Assembly (NCBI GenBank): GCA_964016885.1
Contig: OZ024747.1
Coordinates: forward strand, 83,762,001 to 83,826,000
Direction of reading: 5' to 3'
Source: Eledone cirrhosa
Taxonomy: Eukaryota
DNA: 64,000 nucleotides
Shown: piece after piece, positions 1 through 13,786 of the stretch
Layout: each line of letters starts with the position of its first letter
How positions within the stretch are numbered: position 1 is the first letter of the stretch
The notes under the pieces: model-generated
Databases searched by the model: none
What the model saw: the letters and a program-made list of their open reading frames with translations, nothing else
Told to the model about the DNA's origin: nothing
Translations under genes and position numbers: made by a program

Positions 1-122
1 TAGAATTCTGCCTAGACAAAGGCTAAGGGGTCATCTCTCCCGGATACATACATACATACATACATACATACATACATACATACATACATACATACATACA
101 TACACACATATATATATATATA

Positions 123-718
123 CATGGTGGCTGCCAACTCGTTTTCGAGTACGGCCACTACTTTATATCCATGTAGGAGAACCCCTACCGATGCGCTGAA
201 CGAGTGTGACTTTTTAGTCCAGCCAGCGACTTGAAAACTCTGGTACAAACACTACACTTGAGACAATTATTGACACATAGTGCTGGGCCCATGGTACCAT
301 GTGATGACAAGTGCAGAGAGATCTCCAGATATAAAGCAATGCCTGTGCCGTGAAGCTTTTATAGTGAGCAAAGGCACTGCACAAAGCCAGTCCCACTCTC
401 TTAACCAAGATGATATTTACCAAAAAGAAGAACAAGTCAACATCGTTGGATACCATCAGGGTTGCAGGTGTTATATCAGAGTTTTCCTTCTCCTAGTATT
501 CTGCATTGACAAAGGCTAAAGGGTCATCTCTCCCAGTGATTTTGGCTGGCTATTGACTCTTAAGAGCTCCCTTGCCCTTTGACAGGTTTTGTTTTTAGTC
601 CTGCAGGATGTCTAATGTCACCCTCCTCACCAAGAAACCTTGGTGGGGTTGCCAGTTTAGTCGCCAACGACCCGACCATGGGACAGGTTGTACTGGGATA
701 CATGTTACCAGTAGCACC
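123..718 (-). mobile_element. Non-autonomous retroposon family A (RTE/RTEX-like 5'UTR motif, (ATGT)n tail), near full length
   Basis: Near-identical to 9891-10501 and, inverted, to 56341-56832. Minus-strand sense ends ...GAGTTGGCAGCCACC(ATGT)n and contains CTAGGAGAAGGAAAACTCTGA, a motif I associate with RTE-group 5'UTRs. Shorter pieces at 1-43 and 730-810. Confidence 0.75.
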
Positions 719-836
719 ATACATACATACATGGTGGCTGCCAACTCGTTTTCGAGTACGGCCACTACTTTATATCCATGTAGGAGAACCCCTACCGATG
801 CGCTGAACGATATACATACATACATACATACATACA

Positions 837-867
<31 letters not shown>

Positions 868-909
868 GCATACAAATCTACATTTACACGGTTTTGTAAT
901 AGATAGATG

Positions 910-992
<83 letters not shown>

Positions 993-994
<2 letters not shown>

Positions 995-1663
995 CCCATT
1001 TGCAACGCCGCAGCTCCATTATTATCATTTTTACACATATATTTTTTCCTCCGCTGCTACGCGTCTGTTTCGTTCTTTGTATCTTTACCCTTTCTAGCAG
1101 TCTCTCTCTCTCTCTCTGTTAGCCTCTTCCTCACCTTTCACTCATTCTCTGTCACTACCTCTCCTCCTCCCCTTTCTTCCCGTTTGACCTGTCCGTAATT
1201 CTTTTCTCGCGCGTTCTTGGCCAAGCCGGTATGAATTTTTTCTCTCTCTCTCTCTCTCTCGTCTGCGACTTCACAGAACTTATGTTTACCGAATTCGCAG
1301 ACCAGACCCCTTCTTCCTCCCATTAGACCTGTGCGAAATTCCTTCCTTGCTCACATTTCAACCAGGTTTGATGGTCTTTATTCTCTCGTTCACGATTCCA
1401 CCGAATTTATATTCATAGAAATCTGGGACTTGTTTCTTTCTTCTTCATCACTTTCTGTTGCTTAAACCATTTTGTTTGTTTACCGTAGCGTCCCCTTTAT
1501 TTACGTGTCCCAACGACTTTTTTTAGCCGTTGCTCGCACCAACCTGAGGTATATGGTCTTTAAAGCGATGAAATGCCTATGACAGTTGGAAGGCCACTGA
1601 TGAAGGACAAACTTTTTCATATGTAACCCATTTGCAACGCCGCAGCTCCATTATTATCATATT

Positions 1664-1670
<7 letters not shown>
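993..1670 (+). mobile_element. Family B PLE-like non-autonomous element with short terminal direct repeat
   Basis: 1228-1670 is near-identical to 61409-61846. The terminal ~45 nt (ACCCATTTGCAACGCCGCAGCTCCATTATTATCAT) occurs at both 993 and 1626. Flanked by (TA)n. Confidence 0.6.
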
Positions 1671-1720
<50 letters not shown>

Positions 1721-1810
1721 CTGTATGCATCGATCTATTACATAAGCGTGTAAATGTAGATTTGTACGCATATGTATTTATGATTGTATGTATGGATGTA
1801 TGTATGTATA

Positions 1811-2470
1811 TTTCACAAAGTTTTACCAATAGGGAGAGAGTCGGTTTCTAACATAGACACAAGACTCTCTCATTGCAATTTACACAACATCAACTAGGTA
1901 GATATGTATATATGTGTGCATGTGTAGATATGGATGTTATTGTATGTGTGGATGTGTATGTTTTGAGTTGTATGTGTGCATGTGTATATGCTTTGTATCT
2001 GTACATGTGTATATGCAGTTATTAGATGCACAATTTTTGGAATGTTTTACATATTTTTACTGTTCCATTAATGGATTGTACTTGTAGTTTCCTAACTAGT
2101 TGTGTTCTTTCTGTTCCTGTGAAGCCCAGCTCCTCAAGATTTGTATTGAGGCAGTTACTAACATATCCCAGTGCCCCAATAATCACAGTCATAAATCTAA
2201 AGGTGTAATCAGGGTGGTGTATCTGCAGATTTCTCATCAGTTCTGCATAAATGTTCTCCTTTTCACTAATCTTTGATATTATATTGGCATCTGCTGGGCA
2301 GCTAATTTCCACTACTGTGCATGTTTTCTTCTCCCTGTCTCATATCATAATATCTGGTCTGTTATGCCTGCATTTTATTGGGGTTTTTACTGGAACATTC
2401 CACCAGTACTCTTTCATATTATGTACATGGATGATGTATGTATGTAAATATGTATGTTCTTCTGGTTTTA
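1811..2470 (-). mobile_element. R4/Dong-like non-LTR retrotransposon 3' fragment (restriction-like endonuclease)
   Basis: Minus-strand translation WWNVPVKTPIKCRHNRPDIMI...VVEISCPADANI..K..EKENIYAEL...VIIGALG matches the RLE PD..D/E..K pattern of the R4 group. The 3'UTR ends in (TACA)n. Confidence 0.8.
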
Positions 2471-2895
2471 TAATTTCACAAAGTTTTACCAATATATATG
2501 TATGTATTAAGTATGTATAAATGTATGTAATGTATGTATATATATATATGTATGCATGTATGTATGTATGTAAGTATGTATGTATGTATGTATGTATGTA
2601 TGTATGTATGTATGTATGTATGTATGTATGTATGTATGTATGTATGTATGGTTGGATGGATAGATGAATGTATATCTTTGCAGCTATGTATGTGATAGCT
2701 TGCATATATCATGTACCTCTTCGTTAATTGAAGTATGAATGCATCAGTATGTGAAAGCGAATGTAGTTGAGCGTGTGTAATTACACATACACACACACAT
2801 ACACACACCCCTACATACTTACATGCACACACATATACACACGTACACACACATATTCATACATACATACATACATACATACATACATACATACA

Positions 2896-2931
<36 letters not shown>

Positions 2932-2953
2932 TATATATCTATATATATATATA

Positions 2954-3055
<102 letters not shown>

Positions 3056-3133
3056 TATACACACATATATATATACATATATATATATATACACACACAC
3101 ATATATATATATACATATATATATATACATACT

Positions 3134-3271
<138 letters not shown>

Positions 3272-3274
3272 TAT

Positions 3275-3710
3275 GTTCTCTCTGTTTCTCTTACCTTCTT
3301 TCACCCTCTCTGTCAGTTACACTTTTTCTCTCGACTGACCTCTTCCTCGCACTTCCACTCACTCACTCTCTGTTTCTCCCCTTCTCACATCCCATTCACA
3401 GCGTGCGGTCTGCTTCTCTGACCGCTCATGAAATTCACCCAGTTTATGCTGTTCGGAAAACCATGTTGCTTGTTTTTCTTCCCATCTTCGGTTAGCTCTT
3501 CCTTCTATGTTGTTTACTTGTCTCACTCGCTTTACGCGTTTCACTTGTCCCAATAGCTTATTTTAGTTATTGCTCGCACCAACCTGAGGTATATGATTTT
3601 TAATGCGATGAAATACCAATGATGGTTGGCAAAATTACTGATGAGGGACTAATTTTATAATATGTAATCCATGTGCAACCATGCAGTATTCTTCTTCCCC
3701 TTGTTTTTCA
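3275..3710 (+). mobile_element. Diverged family B copy
   Basis: TTGCTCGCACCAACCTGAGGTATATG...GCGATGAAAT...CTGATGA block shared with 1530-1610; sits between (TA)n tracts. Confidence 0.55.
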
Positions 3711-3714
3711 TATA

Positions 3715-3886
<172 letters not shown>

Positions 3887-4321
3887 AATATATATACATA
3901 ATAAGTGCACAGGTCCCAGTTTTCAATTTAATGTACTGTAAATAACAAGTAATAATAATTACTTATTATTTGATAGAATATTTCACTGTCTGCAATATAG
4001 GAAAGCAGGTCTTTTTGACATCTCAATTTGATACGTGTTTTAACACGGAATCCACGGGCCCTAAGGAACGCTTGTAGTATTTTCAGTTTATAAATATTAT
4101 ATATACTCTGCTTTACGGATTCAATTCTCTTTATCCCACTTGTAAACTAAACTTGCTTATGTATATGTGTGTATATATATATACGTACGTCAATACTCAT
4201 CTTTTTCTATTTATCTGACGGTTCTAAACCCCATTATCAGGCTAAAATTCCTTTAGTAAAAAATACGGTGAAAGCTATATATTTTCTAATTTCAAACCTG
4301 GTCACTATTTCAAAACATACT

Positions 4322-4362
<41 letters not shown>

Positions 4363-4389
4363 ATACATAAGTACACACACACATATATA

Positions 4390-4421
<32 letters not shown>

Positions 4422-4840
4422 CATATATGTATTCATACATACGTACATACGTACATACATATATACATATATATATATATTCATATGCATATATGTGTGT
4501 GTGTCTATACATTATAAAATGCACATTATATAATATACTATATATGTGCGGATATACTTACATGCATTTATGCTAATAGAAGTTTTGCTGAACGCAAATG
4601 CATAAATAATTACTTCAACAGAAATATTCATCAGTTAATATATTTAAGTAACAAGTAAATTAGCATCCATCTTGTCTGTATACTATACTTAATTCAGAAA
4701 ATATGGTTATAATTTCACCTAAACCTATTATTTGATTCAAAGTAAAACTTCGAAAGAAAGATCGTAGGGGGGCCGTATTGACATGTTTCTAGGGCATTTT
4801 TAAAACCTGTCGGAGCTCGTCTTCTCTCTAGGTCTGAATA

Positions 4841-5068
4841 CAGCAGATTTCTTTCAGAGAAAGATAGAGAGTGAGAGAATGAAAGATAGAAAGTGATATA
4901 GAGAAAGAATTGACCCAATTATTTGACTGATACTCTTTTTATCGACTTCGAATGGGTGAAAAGCAAAGTTGACCTCGGTGGGATTTGAACTGAGAGTGCA
5001 ATCAGCCGGAACGAATACCACAAAGCATTCCATCCGACGTTCTAACGACTCTGCTAATTCATCGCCTT
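4841..5068 (-). mobile_element. tRNA-derived SINE family S1, old copy
   Basis: Reverse complement contains GTTCAAATCC B box and GAGGTCAACTTTGC..TTCA.CC..TCG..GTCGATAAA core. Confidence 0.7.
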
Positions 5069-5129
5069 GGACAAAAATATATATGAAGATTTATAGACAC
5101 AAATATTGTTATGTTGGTTACGAAATTCT

Positions 5130-5476
5130 CTTCGCAGGCATATAGTTTCAGAATAAACCTCACTGTATGATACCTGTTGCGAATGTGACCAATATATGTT
5201 GAATTTACGTCAGTTTTGACAACCACTGTTCCTATTGTTTGAACAACGGAACAGTCTGTTCGAGAAATTAACTTAGCTGAGCATTCGACACACACGAATC
5301 TTTTTAGGGAGGTTCACCGTATTAAGTCTTGCCCTTTGAATTTCATGCACCACTCATTTTTGCGGGCTGAGGGGATAGGAGCAATGTGAAATAAAATGTC
5401 TTGTTCAAGGATACATTGCACCGTCGGGAATCGATCTCGCATTTACAATCGAGAACAGAACACCCTAACCACTAAA
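5130..5476 (-). mobile_element. tRNA-derived SINE family S2, decayed
   Basis: GGAGCAATGTGAAATAAAATGTCTTGTTCAAGGATAC is the reverse of the S2 central domain. Confidence 0.6.
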
Positions 5477-5734
5477 TCCCGGAGGATCATCATCATCAAT
5501 ATGACTTCATTCCAAACCATGTATCAAACCTCTGTATTACAAATGAATTTTAGAGAAGTTGACTCCTGAACGTAGATATATTCACATAATGTTCTCGCTC
5601 CAACAATAGAGCCAGGACTGCTAGAAATATCAGCCAAATTTATTTCCAATAACACCTTATTGTCTTAAAATTAGTCCGAGGGAGCGGCAAAAGGCCGGAC
5701 AACATTATAACCGTTCTGTTCTGAAATGGTACAC

Positions 5735-5935
5735 CTCTCATCTGAGATGTGATCTACAGCAATACTTTCTGCAGTGGCTACCTGACAAACTCAATGTTAG
5801 ACACAAGCTCCGTTGTACAAAAAGCTGAATAAAGATCGCAAGTTGTAAAAGTACCGGCCGTTCTTCGATAAGGCTTATTTTTGAACCCATTGCATTGGAA
5901 ACATTTGTCATCCTAGTCCCACGAACCACCCCTTC
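5735..5935 (+). mobile_element. CRE-clade non-LTR RLE fragment, decayed
   Basis: With stops and frameshifts reads DVIYSNTF...SSVVQKAE...KYR...FEPIALETF, similar to the CRE RLE pattern WD.T..DT...AA..AE..K..KY...F.P.A.ET.G. Confidence 0.55.
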
Positions 5936-6221
5936 CTACTTACTATAATCAAGATGGAGATGGCTATCTGCAATTGGATTGACTCTTTCACTGCATATCT
6001 TTCACTTTGTCATCAATCCGTCCTATTATAATATAGCACCTATCTGACCTATAAATAGAATGTTTCACTCTAAGTTATGCACAATCGAAGTTTAGTATCT
6101 CGTATTCTCGTTGAGTACAAACGAAAGGATTGAAACCAAATGGTAATAAATTTATGGAAACTAGTTTGAATTTATCTCGGATTATCAGTGTATCCGAACT
6201 AGTAATACAGTTATAAAGATG

Positions 6222-6407
6222 TTGGATTGGCAGTATCGGTAAAGCGTCGGACGCCATGCTTTGTAGCATAGAGTTACACCCCTTTATGATCTGAGTTCAA
6301 ATCCCGCGAGGTTAACTTTGCCTTTCACCCTTATGAGGTCGATAAAATAAAGTACCAGTAATATACTGAGATAATTGCTGGCCTTGTGCCAAAAGTAGAA
6401 ACAATTA
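6222..6407 (+). mobile_element. SINE S1, young subfamily
   Basis: GGATTGGCAGTATCGGTA...GAGTTCAAATCCCG...GCTGGCCTTGTGCCAAAAGTAGAAACAATTA, closely similar to 43801 and 44021. Confidence 0.85.
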
Positions 6408-7264
6408 TGATTATACTCGAGTTTAGAACGATACATATGCTGATAAATCTTCAACATAATTAGTTTCTATTCCACAATTCAACAAGGGAACCTTTATACG
6501 GTATCTCAACTTGTTAGAAATAGCAACCAAATCTCTTTCAATTTTCACGTCTTGAAAATGGAGAATACCAAGAAAGCAAAGTCATAGATTGAAAGCTACG
6601 CCATTTTGTTTTTATTAACCTGCTTATATATAATTGTATCTTTCCAGTGTATACTTTCACATTTGTTTCTCTTCTTTTCTTTCTTATTTTTAAACCCGAT
6701 CTTATAATTTGCGTAAAATAGATGCTGACATTCTGAAACATTTGCAAGTTTTGACAGGTCCATTAAAAGATTACATACTCTTTTCATTATACAATATATA
6801 TATATATATATAATATATATTTCTTTACATATTTGATATTTTTTGTTATCATATTTGAAGCCTATTTCTACATGGTGAGTGGCTGTAAGAGAGAGGGGGG
6901 ACGATAGGGGTGAGAGAGGGGTGGGTGAGAGAGGGGTGAGTGATGGGGTTGAGAGAGGGAGATGAGGGAGGGGGATGAGAGAGGAGGATGAGAGAGAAGC
7001 GGTGAGAGGGGGGGGGAGTGATTGTGAGTGTGATGTTTCTTTATATATTGTATATATCTTGTTATATTTGAAACCTAGTTGTACATGGTAAGAGAGAGAG
7101 ATGGGGAAAGGAGAGAGAGAGAGAGGGATAGAGAGATCTAGAAACAGATAGAGAGGTAGAGAGATAGAGAGAGGGGGAGATGAGAGGGTGAGAGATCGAG
7201 TGAGTAAGCAAGAGTGCGAGATAAGCATAAGGAGGAAGAGGACGAAAGTATGAATGAAAGATGA

Positions 7265-7358
<94 letters not shown>

Positions 7359-7678
7359 TTGAGGGAGAAAGAGAAAGAGAGAAAGATAGAGGGAGAAAGA
7401 GAAAGAGAGAGGGAAATAGAAAGAGAGAGAGGGAAAGAGAGACAGCAATGAGAAGAAAAGTTAAAGAAAGATGAAGTCAACCTTACAATGAGAGGTTTAA
7501 CACAGTTGAACCTTATTGTCAGAACCCCTCACACATAGGTGATGTAACGAAGCAATATTCTAAAGATTGATGATCATGTAATTACATAATCCAATATTCC
7601 AATAACCACGGTTAGAAGCGTGAAATTAGGGTTCCCTTTCAGTTGGTATGCTCTAATTCTACATAATTACATAATTGT

Positions 7679-8003
7679 GAAGACGCACGGCGTAGTGGTT
7701 AGAACGTCGGGCTTACAATCGTGAGGTTGTGTGTTCGATTTCTCGGACTGGGCTTTGCGTTGTGTTCTTGAGCAAGATACTGTATTTCACGTTGTTCCAG
7801 TTTACTCAGCTGTAGAAATGAGTTGTGACGTCACTGGTGCCAAGCTGTATCGGCATTTACCTTCCTCTTGGACAACATCGGTGGTGTGGAGAGGGATGAC
7901 TGGCATACATGGGCAACTGCTGGTCTTCCACAAAAACCTTGCCAGGTAACTTTCTAGGTGCAAATCACATGGTCATTTGTGACGGAGGGTGTCTTTACCT
8001 TTA
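7679..8003 (+). mobile_element. SINE S2 (tRNA head + GTGTTCTTGAGCAAGA domain)
   Basis: A box CGGCGTAGTGG, B box GTTCGATTTC, central TTCACGTTGTTCCAGTTTACTCAGCTG, (TTTACC)n tail. Confidence 0.8.
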
Positions 8004-8722
8004 CATAATTACCAAATAAAATTTGACCCCACTAAATTAGAAATGCTTTCACCGCCCCTGTTGTGTGTTTAGGTTTAGTAACTCCATATATTGTCAGTTT
8101 CTCTGTCGCTCAAAATATGATTAGATTCTCTTATGAGAATCTGGCTATATCTTGTGACAGTACTTTAGTAAATGATTGGGCCTCTAGTACTTCTTGTGAC
8201 TTAGAGACAGAATCCAAATATTTTTTGTTCAATCTTACTAAAGTGCCTCAATTAACACAATTTTGCCAATTAAGAGTTGCTAAAACTATGCTAAATGCTC
8301 TTATTTTTAATTGCTGTTCATTTTATTAATATTGTTTACTTGGCAATGGTATTGGAAGAATAGATTGTGTAAGGTTACGTATAATTTATGTATAAGGTTC
8401 TGTCAGATATTTAGTCAGCAGATAATTCTTAGCAACACAAATATTTTTCTTTGTTATTAGCCGTGTTTCAACTGATGGCAACCACTTAGTGTCAGCTAAC
8501 ACAACTTGATAAATAAGTCCTCAGAAATGATCAAATTTCAATACCGCGTTTTAACTCTCTGTTGTTATTGTTGTTGTTGTTGTTGTTGTTGGCCTTTCGT
8601 CGGTTACGAAGACAAGTATTCCAGTTGCTCGTTCACCGGAACAGTCTGCTCTTGAAATTAACGTGCAAGTGGCTGAGCATTCTACAGACATATTCAAATT
8701 AGATAGACAAATAAACAGATAA

Positions 8723-8906
8723 ATGGCCAGTATATTTTTTGGGGAAGAGTAAAGCCGATTAATTCGATCCAGTGTTTGATTGGTAGTTTATTTTATCAAA
8801 AGAAATAGTTGACTTGGTGGGATTTGAACTAAGAACAAAAGAACAAGAACAAATAACACAGAGACATTTTATTGAACGTTCTACCAATTCTTCCAATCTG
8901 CCTCCC
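8723..8906 (-). mobile_element. SINE S1, old copy
   Basis: GGGATTTGAACT (reverse B box) and CCAGT.TTTGATTGGTA.TTTATTTTATC. Confidence 0.6.
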
Positions 8907-9050
8907 TTATAGATAGATATATTGATTGGCAGGTGAGCTAATTTGACAGATAAAAATAGGAATAGATAGATAGATATAGAGACAAATAGGTAAATAGACA
9001 GATAGATGCATAGATAGCTAGGAATGTATATATATGTATCTGTATATATA

Positions 9051-9150
9051 CAGGGTGTCCCCCGCAAAAAAAATATACACACTTCAACAGCATTCTAATA
9101 AATATTGCCTGTACAGGTAATCAAAGTGTGTATACATTGTTTTTGGATAT
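9051..9150. mobile_element. ~100-bp Tc1/mariner-type MITE
   Basis: TA|CAGGGTGTCCCC...TATACACACTT left end with inverted AAGTGTGTATACA; second copy inverted at 47313-47410. Confidence 0.65.
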
Positions 9151-9268
9151 TCTCTCTCTCTCTCTATATATATATATGAGAAATGTTCACTGTATCGTAA
9201 GAATGTGTGTACGTAGACTGTGAGTGCCTTTACCATACTCAAACCGCATAATGTATATGTAACCGCGT

Positions 9269-9302
<34 letters not shown>

Positions 9303-9368
9303 TGTATATATATATATACTTGTATGTATATATAAATATATATATATATGTATATATATATATACTTG

Positions 9369-9411
<43 letters not shown>

Positions 9412-9890
9412 ATGTGTATATATATGCATCATATCCCCCTTTCTCTGTATATATATATATACATATAGACGAAAATAGTTTTCTCGGGTTTGTTTGAAAA
9501 TACGTAAGATTTTGCTGTTTGCCCTACATTTAGAAGGACACGCTATAGAATAATCAGGGAACACAGGAAAAAAAAGAACCCCAAAATAAATGAAGAGATA
9601 AAAGGGGATATGTGTTTAGTGAGAAGTTAGTAGAAAAAGTACATTACACTTTTGTTTTGTTAGCCTTAATAGATATCGTTTTCCCAGTAGGGTTAAAAAG
9701 AAAAAAATATTCGAATTTGTTCAAGTTAGCAAAAGAAGGTGAAAAAAAACAAAATGGAGATGGTGATTTCAATCTTATCAGGCTGTCGTCTGCTTGGATG
9801 TAAGGGTTTCCTTATTTTTCATCCACAGAGACTCCTAGTCCCATCCCAGGGTTGTTAATTCTGGAATTTGCATACATACATACATACATA

Positions 9891-10501
9891 CATGGTGGCT
9901 GCCAACTCGTTTTCGAGTACGGCCACTACTTTATATCCATGTAGGAGAACCCCTACCGATGCGCTGAACGAGTGTGACTTTTTAGTCCAGCCAGCGACTT
10001 GAAAACTCTGGTACAAACACTACACTTGTGACAATTACTGACACATAGTGCTGGGCCCATGGTACCATGTGACGACAAGTGCAGAGAGATCTCCAGATAT
10101 AAAGCAATGCCTGTGCCGTGAAGCTTTTATAGTGAGCAAAGGCACTGCACAAAGCCAGTCCCACTCTCTTAACCAAGATGATATTTACCAAAAAGAAGAA
10201 CAAGTCAACATCATTGGATACCATCAGGGTTGCAGGTGTTATATCAGAGTTTTCCTTCTCCTAGAATTCTGCCTTGACAAAGGCTAAGGGGTCATCTCTC
10301 CCGGTGATTTTGGATGGCTATTGACTCTTAAGAGCTCCTTTGCCCTTTGACAGGTTTTGTTTTTAGTCCTGCAGGATGTCCAAAGTCACCCTCCTCACCA
10401 AGAAACCTTGGTGGGGTTGCCAGTTTAGTCGCCAACGACCCGACCATGGGACAGGTTGTACTGGGATACATGTTACCAGTAGCACCAACTGGTGACCTGA
10501 C
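9891..10501 (-). mobile_element. Family A retroposon, longest copy
   Basis: Near-identical to 123-718 and extends further 5'; embedded in (CATA)n. Confidence 0.8.
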
Positions 10502-10688
10502 ATATACATACACATATATATATACACATATATATATACATACATACATATACATACATATATACATATACATACACATACATACATACATATACACATA
10601 CATACATATACACATACATACATATATATACACATACATACATACATACATACATACATACATACATAAATACGTACGTGCATGCGTA

Positions 10689-10958
10689 CATGATGGCTGC
10701 CCCTTCGTTATCGAGTATGGCCATTGCACGATATACCATTATTAATACTTATTAATTAATTCTATCGTGCAATGCGTGAAGATATTTTTTAAAGTGAGGA
10801 AAGACTGTGCACTGAGCCAATCCCACTCTCTGAGCGACAGTAGCTATAACTCGAAAAGAAGAAAAAATCAACATCATCGGTAACTACTGAGCCGCAGGTT
10901 TTATATCGGAGTTATCCCAGTTTCCTGAGTTGCCTTCTCCTAGAAGAATGCCCTGACA

Positions 10959-10960
<2 letters not shown>
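10689..10960 (-). mobile_element. Diverged family A subfamily copy
   Basis: Shares CATG.TGGCTGCC..TCGTT.TCGAGTA.GGCCA, CCCACTCTCT, AAAAGAAGAA...TCAACATCAT.GG and CCTTCTCCTAGAA blocks with family A. Confidence 0.65.
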
Positions 10961-11043
<83 letters not shown>

Positions 11044-11068
11044 CATATATACACATAGATGCTCACAT

Positions 11069-11111
<43 letters not shown>

Positions 11112-11115
<4 letters not shown>

Positions 11116-11214
11116 AATATGATAATAAGGGCGCTGCGGAGTTGCAAATGGGTTACATATGAAAAAAGTTTGTCCTTCATCAGTGATCTTCCAACTATCA
11201 TAGGCATTTCATCG

Positions 11215-11219
<5 letters not shown>
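11112..11219 (-). mobile_element. Family B 3' end
   Basis: Reverse complement of 1561-1668, inside (TA)n. Confidence 0.7.
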
Positions 11220-11251
<32 letters not shown>

Positions 11252-11654
11252 GTATACATACATGCACACATACGTTTTTACATATATATATATATACATA
11301 CATGCACACTTACGTTTTTACATACATACATGCATACATACAGGTATACATACATACGTACATATGCATAACACACACATTCTCTCCCACTACTACTAGA
11401 TACACATATGGACTAAGTTGTCTGCAATCCACAACTTCATTGAACAGGAGGACCCATTCCGTTTAAAATATATATGAAAATATATATGAAAATATATATG
11501 AAAATATATATGAAAATATGGCTATGAAACGCGTCATTTTCGTCAAAATTTACATTATACTTGTCAAATGCATTTCTTTTTCTTTAGATGTCACCTCTAT
11601 TTTAGATATTGACATGGATCGATACTGGAATTTCAGCCCTGTTCTACTCCTATG

Positions 11655-11845
11655 AATTGGCAGTATCGGTACAGCATCGGACACCATGCTTTGTGGCATA
11701 GAGTTACGGCCCTTTACGTTCTCAGTTCAAATCCCGCCGGGGTTAACTTTATTTTATTGAAGGATGAAAGGCAAAGTACCAGTAACACACTGAGGTCGAT
11801 TTAATCGATATCCCCCTCCCCCCAAAGTCTAAACTAGAAACTATT
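11655..11845 (+). mobile_element. SINE S1 with small internal inversion
   Basis: Young-subfamily head; core replaced by the reversed piece TTTATTTTATTGAAGGATGAAAGGCAAAG. Confidence 0.7.
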
Positions 11846-12998
11846 GTACTTCTCGTATGTGTGTGCCTACATTAATGTACTATTAATTTTTATTAAATTT
11901 CTTCCGAGCCGCTGCATTGGTGGCTCCAAATGTTCTCTAGCTTAGAGTCCCTTGTTGTCTTAATCCAGCCCTGTCTCTCAACGCCATTTCTTTAGCATTC
12001 TTTCACACACACACACACACTCTCTCTCTCACACACACATACATACACACACACACACAAACACTTTCTCCTCTACCCTCCCCCCTCCTCGTTTTCTCAT
12101 TCTTTCTCACCACCCACATTCTTTCTAATCATTCGTTCATACAATCTTCCCCATATATATATATCACCCCTCTCACCCTCTCTCACCCCCCCCCCACACA
12201 TACACACACACAAAATGTTTATACACAAACATGAATCTATAATATTTTGTTATCTCTTACCTCTGCTATTTTACTTGCCTTCTCTCTTTCTCTTTATATT
12301 TACTCACGCATTACATTAACACATACTGCTCCCTTCCACACACACACGCATACACACATATGCACACACATCATTTCCCTATTTTTTTTCTGTACGATCT
12401 CGCTCTCTCTCTCTGCCATTCCACTCCGCTCCCTCACTTTCTCCTCTATTCAACCCCTATCTCCCCTAACACACATATAGACAGATACACACCTCCAAAG
12501 ATCTTTCGTTACAACCGAGGGAACGAATCCCCATCTGGTTATGCCATACTTTTAACATTATCCAAACGAACCAACCAGGGTGGTCGCTCAAATTGCTGGA
12601 AATAGAAACCAAATTTACCATAAACCATTACCGCAATCATATTAAAAAAAATAACAAAATAACAATAAAACAATTACAGTGGATGGTCATAACACTGTTG
12701 ACCACAGTTATTTGTTTAACCCTAGGCTGATTTGGGGCTAAACAACAATATCCAGAAATATCATCTGCGTTATACGGACCTTCCATCCCATTGCTCCAAT
12801 CATCCCATCTTTTGTTGTTCTATTATTAAATAAAAGTTTTCATCTGACCTATTTTCTTCACAACTGAAGCTAATTTGAGCTATTCTTAAACCGACATATG
12901 TTTCGGATCCTTAAAATAATCCAGTTTCTTAAAAGTACAGAAAACCCGCGCTTATGTAGGTGTTGTTGTTTACTATTTACTTAGATGTGTCGTTTGTA

Positions 12999-13150
12999 AA
13001 GAGCGTGGTTTAGTGGTAAGAGGTGTTCGGCTCAAGATGGTAAGGTCGTGAGTTCGATTTCTAGATACGCATCGTGTCCTTAGACAAGATAATTTCTTAT
13101 ATTTCATGTTGTTCCAGTCTACTCAGCTGTTAAAATGAGTAATAAGTATA
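12999..13150 (+). mobile_element. SINE S2, 5' part
   Basis: TGGTTTAGTGG A box, GAGTTCGATTTC B box, GTGTCCTTAGACAAGA. Confidence 0.7.
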
Positions 13151-13786
13151 GTTGACCGACCCAGTCCGTTCTGAACAGACGATGGTCCAGCTCACACACT
13201 CACACACGCGCACACGGCATTCCTTGGTCACTTAAAACCTGGCGGCGCCCATCTCTCTCAAAATCTGAAATAAGTCGATTACTTCTGGAGAAAGAAAAGG
13301 AGAAAGAGTGGGAAAGAAAGAAAGAGAGAGGGAGAGAGAGAGAAATAGATTGAGAGAGAGGGACGAGCGACTTCAGTAATGGACAAGTACTTTATTTTTC
13401 GATCTCAAAATAGTTAATGACAAAGATTTGAACTCAGAGAGCAATACATATAAGAGATGAAGCTACCACTGAGTTTTCTTTCAGTTTATTTATTTATTCT
13501 GTAAAGCCCTCTAGCCCTCTGGACATGCCGACGCCAAACCAATCTCACTTAAATCCACATAGTGCTCAGGTTTTTTTTTTTTTTTCCATCACCTGCCAAT
13601 ATATTTTATCTTACCTCTCACAAAGTTCCTCTATCTTTCTGATATAGAGCTCTACTCTTCTGGAACTCCATTTCCGTTCAGATTTTTACATCCGTCGCAG
13701 CTCACGGCAATATAAATGCTTAAAATGAATACTGAATATGTTCATCAATCTATGTTTACCCTTCACTCACGTGAAACGTACACACA

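Noticed and set aside
214-519. ~80-aa ORFs repeated at 9982 and 56501
   Set aside because: Conserved only because the family A copies are near-identical; no recognisable domain
6596-7480. 294-aa Ser/Leu ORF
   Set aside because: (GA)n/(TC)n low-complexity translation
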